NCBI GenBank assembly: GCA_001189215.1
Contig: LFCR01000006.1
Location: forward strand, 840 to 64,839
Direction of reading: 5' to 3'
Length of the DNA: 64,000 nucleotides
Source: Parcubacteria bacterium C7867-008
GTDB taxonomy: Bacteria; Patescibacteriota; Minisyncoccia; Phycocordibacterales; Phycocordibacteraceae
Part shown: in pieces, positions 18,767-29,758 of the stretch
How positions within the stretch are numbered: the stretch's first letter is position 1
How the letters are laid out: every line of letters begins with the position of its first letter
Translations under genes and position numbers: made by a program
The notes under the pieces: model-generated
Database searches by the model: none
Told to the model about the DNA's origin: nothing
Seen by the model: only the letters and a program-made list of their open reading frames with translations

Positions 18767-19306
18767 ATGACTTCACTACGCGTGTTCACACGCGGTTTCA
18801 CTCTCATCGAGCTCCTCGTCGTTATCGCCATCATCGGTGTACTCTCAAGTATTGTTCTTTCATCACTGAACCAAGCAAGGAATAAAGGTAATGACGCTGC
18901 AGTGAAATCAAACCTTGATAATGCGCGTGCACAGGCGCAGCTTTTCTATGACACCAATGGAAATCGTTTCGTGGTAACACCAGGAACCGCAACTGATGTG
19001 TGTGCAGCAACAGCGTCAGTCGGCTCCCCAGCGGTTTCTGGCGTCTTTAGTTTCGTAGCAGCAGCTGCGCGTGCAGCAGGCTATGGAACGGTAAATAACA
19101 CTATTACCGTTACGGGCGGGGCAGCAGTTGTAACGTGTCACGCGTGTTATACCGGTCAGGCCAGTACGGACTGCACGACAGAAGGACGCTGGGCAGCTGA
19201 AGCACCTCTCAAAACAACTGGTCAGGTGTATTGTGTGGACTCTTCTGGTTTAGCAAGTACTACCACTCAAACACTTGGTGCAGGTGATACTAAATGCGCT
19301 GGATAA
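18767..19306 (+). CDS. Type IV major pilin, paralog 4
   Basis: MTSLRVFTRG/FTLIELLVVIAIIGVLSSIVLSSL. Longer C-terminal domain with four Cys residues. Confidence 0.85.
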   Translation: MTSLRVFTRGFTLIELLVVIAIIGVLSSIVLSSLNQARNKGNDAAVKSNLDNARAQAQLFYDTNGNRFVVTPGTATDVCAATASVGSPAVSGVFSFVAAAARAAGYGTVNNTITVTGGAAVVTCHACYTGQASTDCTTEGRWAAEAPLKTTGQVYCVDSSGLASTTTQTLGAGDTKCAG

Positions 19307-19312
19307 GCTTTC

Positions 19313-20077
19313 GTGATTTCTCCACTCTTTATCTCATTCATCTTGTTCGTACTTGGGGCGCTCAGCGCTAGTTTTACTGGTGTTGTTGCAGAACGTATAC
19401 ATACGGGACAATCGTGGGTACGAGGAAGATCACGCTGTAATTCATGTGGAACCCTACTTGATGCGCGTGATCTTTTTCCCGTTATATCTTGGTTCCTGTA
19501 TCTGGGACGATGTCGTACCTGCCGTGCACGAGTGCCAATGACGTATGTCGTCACAGAGATTGCACTTGGTACATCATTTGTTCTTGCCTATACTACTATT
19601 GGACTCACATCGGTACTTCCATTCTTTCTCGTTGGTCTGACCGTCTTACTGTTCATAGTTCTCTATGATCTTCGGCATATGGTGGTCCCCACAGGATCAT
19701 CAAACAGTCTCATTGTGCTCTCTCTCATTATCGCGTTTCTTAGTGCGCACAGTAGTAAGGAATTTGGTCTTGTTCTAGTATCTTCTGGCGTAATTGCGCT
19801 CTTCTTTTTCCTTATGCATGTGCTTTCGAAGGGTAGGGCAATGGGGCTTGGAGACGCACCAGTTGCACTCGCACTTTCGCTAATGGTTGGTACATATGCC
19901 TTCGCTGGGGTGATGTTCTCTTTTTGGATTGGTGCGTTGTACGGCATAGTTGTATTGAGTACAAGGCGCGGAGGGCCTAGAATGGGTATAGAGGTTCCAT
20001 TCGTGCCGTTCTTGGCACTTGGCTATCTCCTCGCTTTCTTCTCTACATGGAATCCATTCGCACTCGTTCTCTGGTAG
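19313..20077 (+). CDS. pilD: Prepilin peptidase PilD (A24 family)
   Basis: N-terminal tetra-Cys CNSCG...CRTCR zinc motif and 6-8 TM helices. Confidence 0.85.
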   Translation: MISPLFISFILFVLGALSASFTGVVAERIHTGQSWVRGRSRCNSCGTLLDARDLFPVISWFLYLGRCRTCRARVPMTYVVTEIALGTSFVLAYTTIGLTSVLPFFLVGLTVLLFIVLYDLRHMVVPTGSSNSLIVLSLIIAFLSAHSSKEFGLVLVSSGVIALFFFLMHVLSKGRAMGLGDAPVALALSLMVGTYAFAGVMFSFWIGALYGIVVLSTRRGGPRMGIEVPFVPFLALGYLLAFFSTWNPFALVLW

Positions 20078-20733
20078 CACATCGGCCCCAAAAGCGACGT
20101 GGCTTTACTCTCGTAGAGCTTCTCGTGTCTCTTTCTATTGTTTTTCTTATCTCTGCCATTGCGATTACCGGACAATCAACCTTCAATCAAGGTATTCTTT
20201 TGAACGATACAGCGTATAGTCTTGCCCTTTCAACACGCCAAGCTCAATCACTTGGCCTTTCAAGTAGGAAGTTTGCAGGGGTGCAGAATGGTGGGTATGG
20301 CATCTATGTTACTAATAATGCACCTATCAACTCGTACATCATCTTTGCCGATATAAATAGTGTTCCAAGCGGCCCATCTTGGTGCACCGCAGTTGCATCA
20401 TCCACACCGGAATCAAAGTCAGGCAACTGTATGTATGATGGATTAGGCGAGACATTTCAGACTTATACCTTAACTCGCGGTTTCACTATCAGTGATTTCT
20501 GCGGGAAGACTCCCACGGGTTTGAAGTGTGCAAGTACTGATGATGTCGCATCGGTACATGCACTTTTCCTCCGTCCCAATACTAGCTCTGTTATCACGGG
20601 TGTATCACCAGGTGGTACTAAGATAGCCTTCTCTTGCCTCCAATTCTCATTACGTGCACCGGGAGGAACAGCCGTGCAAACAGTACGTGTGACACAGGTC
20701 GGTGAGATATCCGTTGGACAAATATGCTCATAA
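20047..20733 (+). CDS. Minor pilin / pseudopilin
   Basis: KRRG/FTLVELLVSLSIVFLISAIAI prepilin signal. Overlaps the pilD 3' end by 31 nt. Confidence 0.6.
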   Translation: MESIRTRSLVAHRPQKRRGFTLVELLVSLSIVFLISAIAITGQSTFNQGILLNDTAYSLALSTRQAQSLGLSSRKFAGVQNGGYGIYVTNNAPINSYIIFADINSVPSGPSWCTAVASSTPESKSGNCMYDGLGETFQTYTLTRGFTISDFCGKTPTGLKCASTDDVASVHALFLRPNTSSVITGVSPGGTKIAFSCLQFSLRAPGGTAVQTVRVTQVGEISVGQICS

Positions 20734-20735
20734 CT

Positions 20736-21281
20736 ATGAAATCATCACGCTCAGGTTTTTCCCTTATTGAACTTATCGTTTCGGTAGGTCTGTTTGCAGT
20801 GGTCATGCTTATCTCAACAGGCGCATACCTTTCGTTGGTAAGTCTCGATCGAAAAGCACGAGCAACCAACGATCTGGTGACTAATCTTTCCTTTGCCATA
20901 GATACTATGGAACGATCCCTTCGCACTGGCTCAGACTTTACCTGTACTGGCACTACTCCTGATACAGGCGGTGGTGGTGGAGAAGACTGTAGATACGGAA
21001 GCCACACTATTTCCTTCACCGATGATCTTTCACAATCTGTTACCTATAAACAACTTGAAGGTGCTGTGCAGCAATGTGTTGGGCTTTCGTGTAGCACGCT
21101 TACTGACCCACGTGTAAATGTTTCAGATGTAACGTTCTATGTGCGCGGACAAGGAACAACGGACAGCATACAACCGTGGGTTACCTATAGTGTGAAGGGG
21201 ACCATAACTCCTGATGCTGTAAACGGGCCAATTACATTTACTATTCAGAGCACGGCATCACAGCGTAAAATAGATCTATGA
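20736..21281 (+). CDS. Minor pilin / pseudopilin
   Basis: MKSSRSG/FSLIELIVSVGLFAVVML prepilin signal. Start taken at the internal Met after the upstream stop. Confidence 0.6.
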   Translation: MKSSRSGFSLIELIVSVGLFAVVMLISTGAYLSLVSLDRKARATNDLVTNLSFAIDTMERSLRTGSDFTCTGTTPDTGGGGGEDCRYGSHTISFTDDLSQSVTYKQLEGAVQQCVGLSCSTLTDPRVNVSDVTFYVRGQGTTDSIQPWVTYSVKGTITPDAVNGPITFTIQSTASQRKIDL

Positions 21282-21790
21282 TCAAACCTCGTTCAGGATT
21301 CACGTTGGTTGAAACGCTGGTGGCCATCGCTATCCTAACGATAAGTATTGTTGGCCCGTACTACTCCATCTATAAGGCAGTACAGACCACTTATATCGCA
21401 CGTGACAAACTTATCGCCACGTCACTTGCACAAGAGGGTGTTGAATATGTACGTAACACTCGTGACAGCAACTATCTCTATAATATTGCTAATCCTGGAT
21501 CTCCGGTGAATTGGATGTATACCCTTACTCCATGCAAGGGAATGAAGTGTACTGTTGATGTAACAGGATATCAGCCACCAACAGCATGTGCTACGACCTG
21601 TACGCCACTCAACCTTACTCCCAGCAACCTCTATAGTTACAGTAGCGGTACCGTAACGCGATATACACGCAGTGTAATAATCACTGACGTTACACCTACA
21701 GAGGTAGTCGTAGTAGTAACGGTTAGTTGGAAAAATGCACAGGTAAACAATTCACTAGTTGTTACGGAGCATCTCTATAATTGGCTATGA
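21278..21790 (+). CDS. Minor pilin / pseudopilin
   Basis: MIKPRSG/FTLVETLVAIAILTISIVG. 4-nt overlap with the upstream gene. Confidence 0.6.
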   Translation: MIKPRSGFTLVETLVAIAILTISIVGPYYSIYKAVQTTYIARDKLIATSLAQEGVEYVRNTRDSNYLYNIANPGSPVNWMYTLTPCKGMKCTVDVTGYQPPTACATTCTPLNLTPSNLYSYSSGTVTRYTRSVIITDVTPTEVVVVVTVSWKNAQVNNSLVVTEHLYNWL

Positions 21791-22998
21791 TTCGTACTCG
21801 AACACCAAAAGGCTTCACGCTTCTCATAGCAATTATTCTTTCAACCGTTGTTCTCTCGGTCGGCCTCTCATTGCTTGATGTGGCATATAAGCAAACCATT
21901 CTTGCTTCGACTGCAAAACAATCAGAGCTTGCTTTCTATAATGCAGACTCCGCACTTGAGTGTGCACTGTACTATGATCAGAAATTTAATGCCTTCGATT
22001 ATGACTCTCCTATAGGAGCAGGTGCAATTACCTGCAGCAGTACTCCTGTTACGAACTACACCAGAGATATAAGTGATCCGACAAAACACATCACCATCTT
22101 TGCACTCCCCTGTGCTGATGGAGGTTCCTACGCAACTACCACCATATATAAGTATCCAGGAGGAGCTACTGCACTCTATGCCAATGGTTTCAACACGTGT
22201 AATGCAGCTGACCCCGCACGCATTGAACGCGGCCTCAAAGCTACATATGGTGATCCTGCAGCAGCTCCTGGCCCAGGACCTGGTGGAAGTGCAAGTTATT
22301 TGATCGTAGGTGGCGGTGGTGGCGGTGGTGCAGGTGGCGGTGGTGGTGGCGGAGGCGGACAGGTTAATACCGGCTCACTCGCTCTGACAGGAGGTACTAC
22401 CTATCCGATTGTAGTTGGTACTGGGGGTGTAACGGGTGTTTCTGGTGGTCCTGCAGCAAACGGCACACTCAGTTCTGCCTTTTCGGTAACCTCTCTTGGT
22501 GGTCGTGGTGGAAGTCTGGTAGCTAGAGACGGTGGAGCGTCGGGTTCAGGTAATGCAGGTGGAGCAACAGGGCCTATTGGTAGCGGTGCTGGCGGTGGCG
22601 GTCAGGCTAGTGTGGGCCAAGATGGGCCTGTGATGGGTGGCGGTAATGGTGGTACAGGAGTAAATAACGCACTTTCTGGTGTGTCTGTTGGCTATGCAGG
22701 TGGTGGCGGTGGTGGTACCGGGCCGTCTGGTGGTCCGGCAGGATCTGCTACTCACGGCGCTGGCGCTGGCGGTGCAGCGGCAGTAGCAGGTGTTTCTGGA
22801 ACCGCAAATACGGGTGGCGGCGGTGGCGGCGGTGGAGGTAGTTTTGGTTCTGGACCGGGTGGTACTGGAGCCGATGGTGTGGTTATCGTGAGTTACCCAA
22901 CCGGCACTATCATAGGAGCAACAGGAGGCTCTAAAACTACGTCAGGCGGAAATACCATCCACACATTCGTCACAAGTGGCTCTCTCGTAATTCCATAG
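21781..22998 (+). CDS. PilX-like minor pilin with long Gly-rich C-terminal extension
   Basis: The N-terminus PKG/FTLLIAIILSTVV lacks Glu+5. It is followed by KQ..LAS.AKQSELAFYNADSALECALYY, matching PilX-like N-domains. Residues ~160-370 are poly-Gly and Gly/Ser/Thr/Ala low complexity. Confidence 0.55.
   Translation: MAMIRTRTPKGFTLLIAIILSTVVLSVGLSLLDVAYKQTILASTAKQSELAFYNADSALECALYYDQKFNAFDYDSPIGAGAITCSSTPVTNYTRDISDPTKHITIFALPCADGGSYATTTIYKYPGGATALYANGFNTCNAADPARIERGLKATYGDPAAAPGPGPGGSASYLIVGGGGGGGAGGGGGGGGGQVNTGSLALTGGTTYPIVVGTGGVTGVSGGPAANGTLSSAFSVTSLGGRGGSLVARDGGASGSGNAGGATGPIGSGAGGGGQASVGQDGPVMGGGNGGTGVNNALSGVSVGYAGGGGGGTGPSGGPAGSATHGAGAGGAAAVAGVSGTANTGGGGGGGGGSFGSGPGGTGADGVVIVSYPTGTIIGATGGSKTTSGGNTIHTFVTSGSLVIP
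22300..22372 (+). repeat. (GGY)n glycine-codon microsatellite inside the PilX-like gene
   Basis: An uninterrupted run of ggt/ggc/gga codons encoding about 24 consecutive Gly. A slippage-prone simple repeat. Confidence 0.6.
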
Positions 22999-23042
22999 AT
23001 TTGATAATTTCCTCATTCCGTATTTACGCATACAATAGATAG

Positions 23043-25058
<2,016 letters not shown>

Positions 25059-25070
25059 TAGAGTACCCGC

Positions 25071-25367
25071 ATGACCGCGCACGCAACGCCTGACGATGTA
25101 AAGAAGCTGGCTGCTCTTGCACGCCTTACGGTTTCTGAAGAAGAACTCCCAGCCTTTGTTGCTGAATTTGAAGCAATCCTTGGCTATGTGGGGCAGCTTG
25201 AAACACTTGATATTGCTGCAGGTAGCGATATCCTCCCTTATGCAAACACTTTCCGTACCGAGGGAACACCACATGAAAAAGGTGTCTGGACTCCAGATAT
25301 TGTTAAAGCCTTTCCAAATAGGGAAGGTGACGCTCTTTCGGTGAAGCAGATCATTGCGAACGACTAA
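25071..25367 (+). CDS. gatC: Asp/Glu-tRNA amidotransferase subunit C
   Basis: 98 aa. DVKKLAALARLTVSEEELPAFVAEFEAILGYVGQLETLD is the typical GatC signature. It overlaps the gatA start by 14 nt. Confidence 0.8.
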   Translation: MTAHATPDDVKKLAALARLTVSEEELPAFVAEFEAILGYVGQLETLDIAAGSDILPYANTFRTEGTPHEKGVWTPDIVKAFPNREGDALSVKQIIAND

Positions 25368-26787
25368 TATGGAATCAAATCTCGCCTCACTAACTATCAC
25401 AGAAGCCGCACGCAAACTCCGTGCAAAGGAGTGCACTGTACGTGAACTTTGGGGCGCCTGCCATGCCGCAGCTAAGACTGATGCAGTACATGCATATCTC
25501 GAAGTATTTGATGCGGATGATGCAGCCATAGATGCTGCCCAGGCACGTATTGATGCAGAAGGAGAAAACGCCTCGGTACTGTGTGGCATTCCATTGGCTA
25601 TCAAAGACAACATCCTTATTAAGGGAAAGGTTGCGAGTGCTGCATCCGAGATGCTTGAACATTATGAAGCTACGTATGATGCAACCGCTATCAAGAAACT
25701 ACGCAATGCAGGTGCACTCTTTCTTGGACGCACAAACATGGATGAGTTTGCACTCGGAGGTTCTACGGAGAACTCTGCATTTGGTCCAACAACGAACCCT
25801 CATGATACTGATCGAGTAGCAGGAGGAACATCAGGAGGTTCAGCTGCAGCAGTTGCTGCACATACCGCTATCGCTTCCCTTGGTTCAGATACGGGAGGTT
25901 CAGTTCGTAACCCCGCTAGCTACTGCGGCGTTGTGGGGTTCAAACCAACATACGGAAGTATTTCTCGTTCCGGTCTCATTGCTGCGGCATCTTCGTTTGA
26001 TCAGATTGGTCCAATTACGAAAACAGTTGCAGATGCAAAAGCACTCTTTGATGTACTAAGGGGAACTGATGTACTTGATTCCAGCACCGCGCCAGAAGGA
26101 AGTTACCCTGAGTTCACTCACGAAGTGAAGACTATTGGGGTGCCACGAAGTCTCCTTGAACAGGGACTTGATCCTTACGTAGTGCAGGCATTTAATACTG
26201 CGCTTGAAGCCACAGGCTGCAAGATAGTTGATATTGAGATTCCCTCCAACAAGCCAGCACTTGCTGCGTACTACATCATTAACTTCGCCGAGGTCTCTAC
26301 AAATCTCTCCCGCCTTGACGGTATTCGATATGGACACGCAGCACGTGGAGAAACTCTTCTAGACGATTATCTTCTTTCGCGCACTGAAGGATTTGGGAAA
26401 GAAACAAAGCGTCGTATCCTTCTCGGTACTTTTGTACTATCTGCAGGATATATTGATGCTTACTATCGAAAGGCAGTAGCTGCACGCAGCGCACTCATCC
26501 GTGAGTTTGATGAGGCATTTAAGACGGTGGACGTTATCGCAACACCAACTATGCCAACGCCAGCATTCAAGATAGGGGAGAAGTCCGATCCGCTATCGCT
26601 CTATCTCGAAGATGTGTTCACTGTCACAGCGAATCTTACGGGCATGCCTGCTATTTCTGTACCGATGGGAACCGTTGATCGCGAAGGTACCAAGCTTCCA
26701 ATAGGCATACAGTTCACCGCACCACGTGGTGCTGATGAACGCGTGTTTACAATCGCTGCTGCAGTTACCGGAGAGCAGCTATACTAA
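25354..26787 (+). CDS. gatA: Asp/Glu-tRNA amidotransferase subunit A
   Basis: Amidase signature GGSSGGSAAAVAA with the Ser-cisSer-Lys triad region. 477 aa. Confidence 0.9.
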   Translation: MRTTNMESNLASLTITEAARKLRAKECTVRELWGACHAAAKTDAVHAYLEVFDADDAAIDAAQARIDAEGENASVLCGIPLAIKDNILIKGKVASAASEMLEHYEATYDATAIKKLRNAGALFLGRTNMDEFALGGSTENSAFGPTTNPHDTDRVAGGTSGGSAAAVAAHTAIASLGSDTGGSVRNPASYCGVVGFKPTYGSISRSGLIAAASSFDQIGPITKTVADAKALFDVLRGTDVLDSSTAPEGSYPEFTHEVKTIGVPRSLLEQGLDPYVVQAFNTALEATGCKIVDIEIPSNKPALAAYYIINFAEVSTNLSRLDGIRYGHAARGETLLDDYLLSRTEGFGKETKRRILLGTFVLSAGYIDAYYRKAVAARSALIREFDEAFKTVDVIATPTMPTPAFKIGEKSDPLSLYLEDVFTVTANLTGMPAISVPMGTVDREGTKLPIGIQFTAPRGADERVFTIAAAVTGEQLY

Positions 26788-26791
26788 GTGC

Positions 26792-27403
26792 ATGGAGAGC
26801 ACTGGACCATCCGTCCATTTCATTAACGTTGAGTATTTCTTTCGCCTACTCTATGACCTTATCTTTGGTACCCATACGGTATCGGGAGTAACGGTTAGTG
26901 CTGGCAATCTCGGTGGTCTTGTTGCTCTTGCCGGGCAGATCTGGTTGTTTGTGAGCATCATTTCCTGGATCGCCGTATTTGCTGCCTGTTGGGCACTTGT
27001 CTACTACACCACCCGGTACTGGCAGGTATTAGCAGAGGATGATGAGCGATACAAGACTGTACCTGAGGCGCAGGAGCACATGGAGGTGGAGCGTTCTCGT
27101 TGGGAATATATTAAACAGCAGATTGAAAGTGCTCAGGAAAGTGACTGGCGCCAGGCAATTATCGAAGCAGACATCATGATGGATGAGATGCTCATTCGTA
27201 ATGGGTATCCGGGAGAGACGCTCGGTGAACGTCTTAAGGCGGGCAACCCTGCTCGGTTCACCACACTCAAGAATGCCTGGGATGCACATAGAGTACGTAA
27301 TGAGATTGCTCATGCAGGTTCTGCGTATCAGCTCACTAATCACATCGCATATCGCACGATCCAGAACTACGAAGCGGTATTTAGAGAGTTTAACGAAATC
27401 TAA
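26792..27403 (+). CDS. Hypothetical membrane protein
   Basis: Start taken at the Met just after the gatA stop. Two TM helices followed by a charged soluble C-terminal domain. No known motif. Confidence 0.35.
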   Translation: MESTGPSVHFINVEYFFRLLYDLIFGTHTVSGVTVSAGNLGGLVALAGQIWLFVSIISWIAVFAACWALVYYTTRYWQVLAEDDERYKTVPEAQEHMEVERSRWEYIKQQIESAQESDWRQAIIEADIMMDEMLIRNGYPGETLGERLKAGNPARFTTLKNAWDAHRVRNEIAHAGSAYQLTNHIAYRTIQNYEAVFREFNEI

Positions 27404-27474
27404 GTCACTCTTGCGTATTCAATAAAACGCCGTAGAATAGGGCGATAACGGTGCCGTGGCAACGTTTTACTAAT

Positions 27475-27545
27475 AGCGGGGTAGAGGAGTGGTACCTCGG
27501 GAGGCTCATAACCTCCAGACGCCGGTTCAATTCCGGCCCCCGCAA
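27475..27545 (+). tRNA. tRNA-Met (anticodon CAU). A1:A72 is unpaired, so it could be an initiator-type or lysidine-modified Ile2 tRNA.
   Basis: Cloverleaf: acceptor AGCGGGG/CCCCGCA, U8, D-stem GAGG/CCTC, anticodon stem GGAGG/CCTCC with loop CU-CAU-AA, T-arm GCCGG-TTCAATT-CCGGC. No encoded CCA. Confidence 0.7.
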
Positions 27546-27550
27546 CACGA

Positions 27551-28114
27551 TTGAGGATTATTGCTGATGGTATACTGGCTGCTATGAATGAAGGACTAGG
27601 AAACCATTTCAATAGGGCGCCGATAGCTGCATCTCATAAAGAGGAGTCGACAGGATTCTCTGAAGGACAGGGTGCGACTCTTGCTGCTGGAGAATTCGCA
27701 GCCGCTATGGGTCTAGATCAGGGAAAAACCATGCAAGAGATTGCGTTCACGAGCCCAGGAAGTGAGGGGCGTATGAAAGTAGTCGGTAGACTGTTCCGCA
27801 AGGCAGCCTCTGAGCGACCCTATGTTCCTGGAGACGCTATTCACTATCAAAAACTCGTTGTAGGTGCACTCGGTCTCGGCTACACGGCTATACTACCCTG
27901 GCCAGGCAATACATTCGATCCAAATCTTCACAACGATTCGTCGACCGCCATTAAGCAATGGGATCCGGTTACAGGGAAGGCGCTCGAGCCAAAAATATTT
28001 AAAGTCCTTATGCCAGGCATTTCTGGTCCTGAGGGCACGAGTGTCAAAAGCGAAATATCGACAAGTAGTAATAGTGCCAGCTCTCTCGATAGAGCTAGGG
28101 AAAATACTGTGTAG
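27551..28114 (+). CDS. Hypothetical protein
   Basis: 187-aa ORF immediately 3' of the tRNA. No recognizable motif. Confidence 0.3.
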   Translation: MRIIADGILAAMNEGLGNHFNRAPIAASHKEESTGFSEGQGATLAAGEFAAAMGLDQGKTMQEIAFTSPGSEGRMKVVGRLFRKAASERPYVPGDAIHYQKLVVGALGLGYTAILPWPGNTFDPNLHNDSSTAIKQWDPVTGKALEPKIFKVLMPGISGPEGTSVKSEISTSSNSASSLDRARENTV

Positions 28115-28184
28115 GTCCAGGGAGCCTTAGTGTGCTGTAGGATCAAATACTGTGGCAACATTGCCAACAAGTTATACTCACTCC

Positions 28185-28508
28185 ATGAAGTTACGAATAG
28201 TGGTATTGGTCATAATTCTGGGCATACTTCCATTTCTATACTTGAATTATATTCAGGCACCAGTGCCTGCTGATAGAATGAAGGATATGAGCTCCACTGA
28301 GAATGCAAAACAAATAGGAATAGAAACTCTAAAGGTACATGGGTACGATTGGGAGAAGTACGAGCTAGTAAGTGGACCCACTTATTTTCCCGAAGGAACT
28401 GGCTATGTGATGACCTTTGAAATCCCAAAAACTCTCGATACAGCAGTGATCATGAGTGTGGATGCCAACACTGGAAAGGTACTCATTTTTGAACCCAAAG
28501 GCGCTTAA
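28185..28508 (+). CDS. PepSY-domain small membrane-anchored protein (putative)
   Basis: TM anchor, then AKQIGIETLKVHGYDWEKYELVSG...VMTFEI...VIMSVDANTGKVLIFEPKG, which matches the PepSY pattern (..VDAnTGkvl..e). Confidence 0.45.
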   Translation: MKLRIVVLVIILGILPFLYLNYIQAPVPADRMKDMSSTENAKQIGIETLKVHGYDWEKYELVSGPTYFPEGTGYVMTFEIPKTLDTAVIMSVDANTGKVLIFEPKGA

Positions 28509-28567
28509 TTTCGCAGAAAACGACAATATCATCGTAATGTGAAGACAATGATAAACTCTTTTAATAA

Positions 28568-29704
28568 ATGGACTACGTACGGGTACTAGATGAGATATTC
28601 TCACAATTTACAGGCCCGAAGTTTTCAATTCGGTTTTGGAATGGAAAGGAGAATGAATATGGGAATGGATCAGAAAGCGCATTTACATTAGTTATTAATA
28701 GCAAGGCGGTTGTTCGCCGGTTTATAACCCAGGGTGCTATTGGATTTGGTGAATCCTATATGGACGGCAGTCTCCGTGTTGAAGGAGACCTCGAAGCGTA
28801 TCTTCGATTACGACACCAGTTTAAACATGTGCGCCGAACTTGGCGCCTTGTGTGTGCGACTCTTATCGCACTAGTCACAAGTCCCTTTGATCGTAAAAAA
28901 CAAATAGCACAGCATTACGATCTGGGTAATGAGTTCTTTGGCATGATCCTTGATGATGAGACGATGTCGTATTCGGCAGCAAAGTATGAAGGTACAGAAA
29001 CATTAGGTGAAGCACAAAAAAGCAAACTCTCCTATATATCTGATCTACTTACGCTGCCAGAGCATGCAGAGATTCTCGATCTTGGTTCAGGATGGGGAGG
29101 GTTCGCTACATTCGCTGCGAAGAATAAGAAATGGAACATTCTTGGATACACCTTAAGCAACGCACAACTTACGTATTGCCGTGAACTGATGAGGAAAGAG
29201 AAATTAGAAGATAGCGTCACGTTTGAATACCACGACATGTTAGGCCATCTTTCTCAGAAGCAATTCGATGCTGTTGTTGCAATAGAATCTATTGAACATG
29301 TGGGGAAGGGTAGGATAACGCGTTTCCTTACAGAAGTTGCCCAAGTGCTTAAACCAGGTGGATCACTATATATACAAACCACGGGAAGATATATTGCACG
29401 CGATGTTGACCCATGGACTCTTAAGTATGTGTTCCCAGGCGGGTATCTTCCGTCAAAGGATCAGCTTCTTAGCGCAGCTGCAACAGCAGGATTAACCGTG
29501 GAGGTTTTCCAAGATGATACTGAAGACTATATTCGAACTATGACTGCCTGGATTGAGCAGCTTGAGGCACGCCGGTCTGAAATCGAACACATGTTTAATC
29601 CAGCCTTTTATCGTCTCTGGGAACTATGGATGCACGGCGCAAAGGTAGCCTTTGAAGAGAATTCTATGAGTTTGTTCCGTATCTTGCTAAAACGTCCTAT
29701 GTAA
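28568..29704 (+). CDS. cfa: Cyclopropane-fatty-acyl-phospholipid synthase family SAM-dependent methyltransferase
   Basis: HYDLGNEFF, SAM motif I ILDLGSGWGGFATFAA, FDAVVAIESIEHVG and a C-terminal region typical of the CFA/mycolic-acid cyclopropane synthase family. Confidence 0.7.
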   Translation: MDYVRVLDEIFSQFTGPKFSIRFWNGKENEYGNGSESAFTLVINSKAVVRRFITQGAIGFGESYMDGSLRVEGDLEAYLRLRHQFKHVRRTWRLVCATLIALVTSPFDRKKQIAQHYDLGNEFFGMILDDETMSYSAAKYEGTETLGEAQKSKLSYISDLLTLPEHAEILDLGSGWGGFATFAAKNKKWNILGYTLSNAQLTYCRELMRKEKLEDSVTFEYHDMLGHLSQKQFDAVVAIESIEHVGKGRITRFLTEVAQVLKPGGSLYIQTTGRYIARDVDPWTLKYVFPGGYLPSKDQLLSAAATAGLTVEVFQDDTEDYIRTMTAWIEQLEARRSEIEHMFNPAFYRLWELWMHGAKVAFEENSMSLFRILLKRPM

Positions 29705-29758
29705 TAGGGTGGGGATAGATGAATTCACCTTTCTGTTGCGTAGTATTGTGAAGGTACT

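Noticed and set aside
17048-19306. Repeated ~80-bp identical blocks separated by variable sequence (CRISPR-like appearance)
   Set aside because: The repeats are the conserved 5' coding cassettes of four pilin genes: in frame, with prepilin signal and Glu+5. The spacing is about 500-600 bp, not 30-40 bp, and no cas genes are present.
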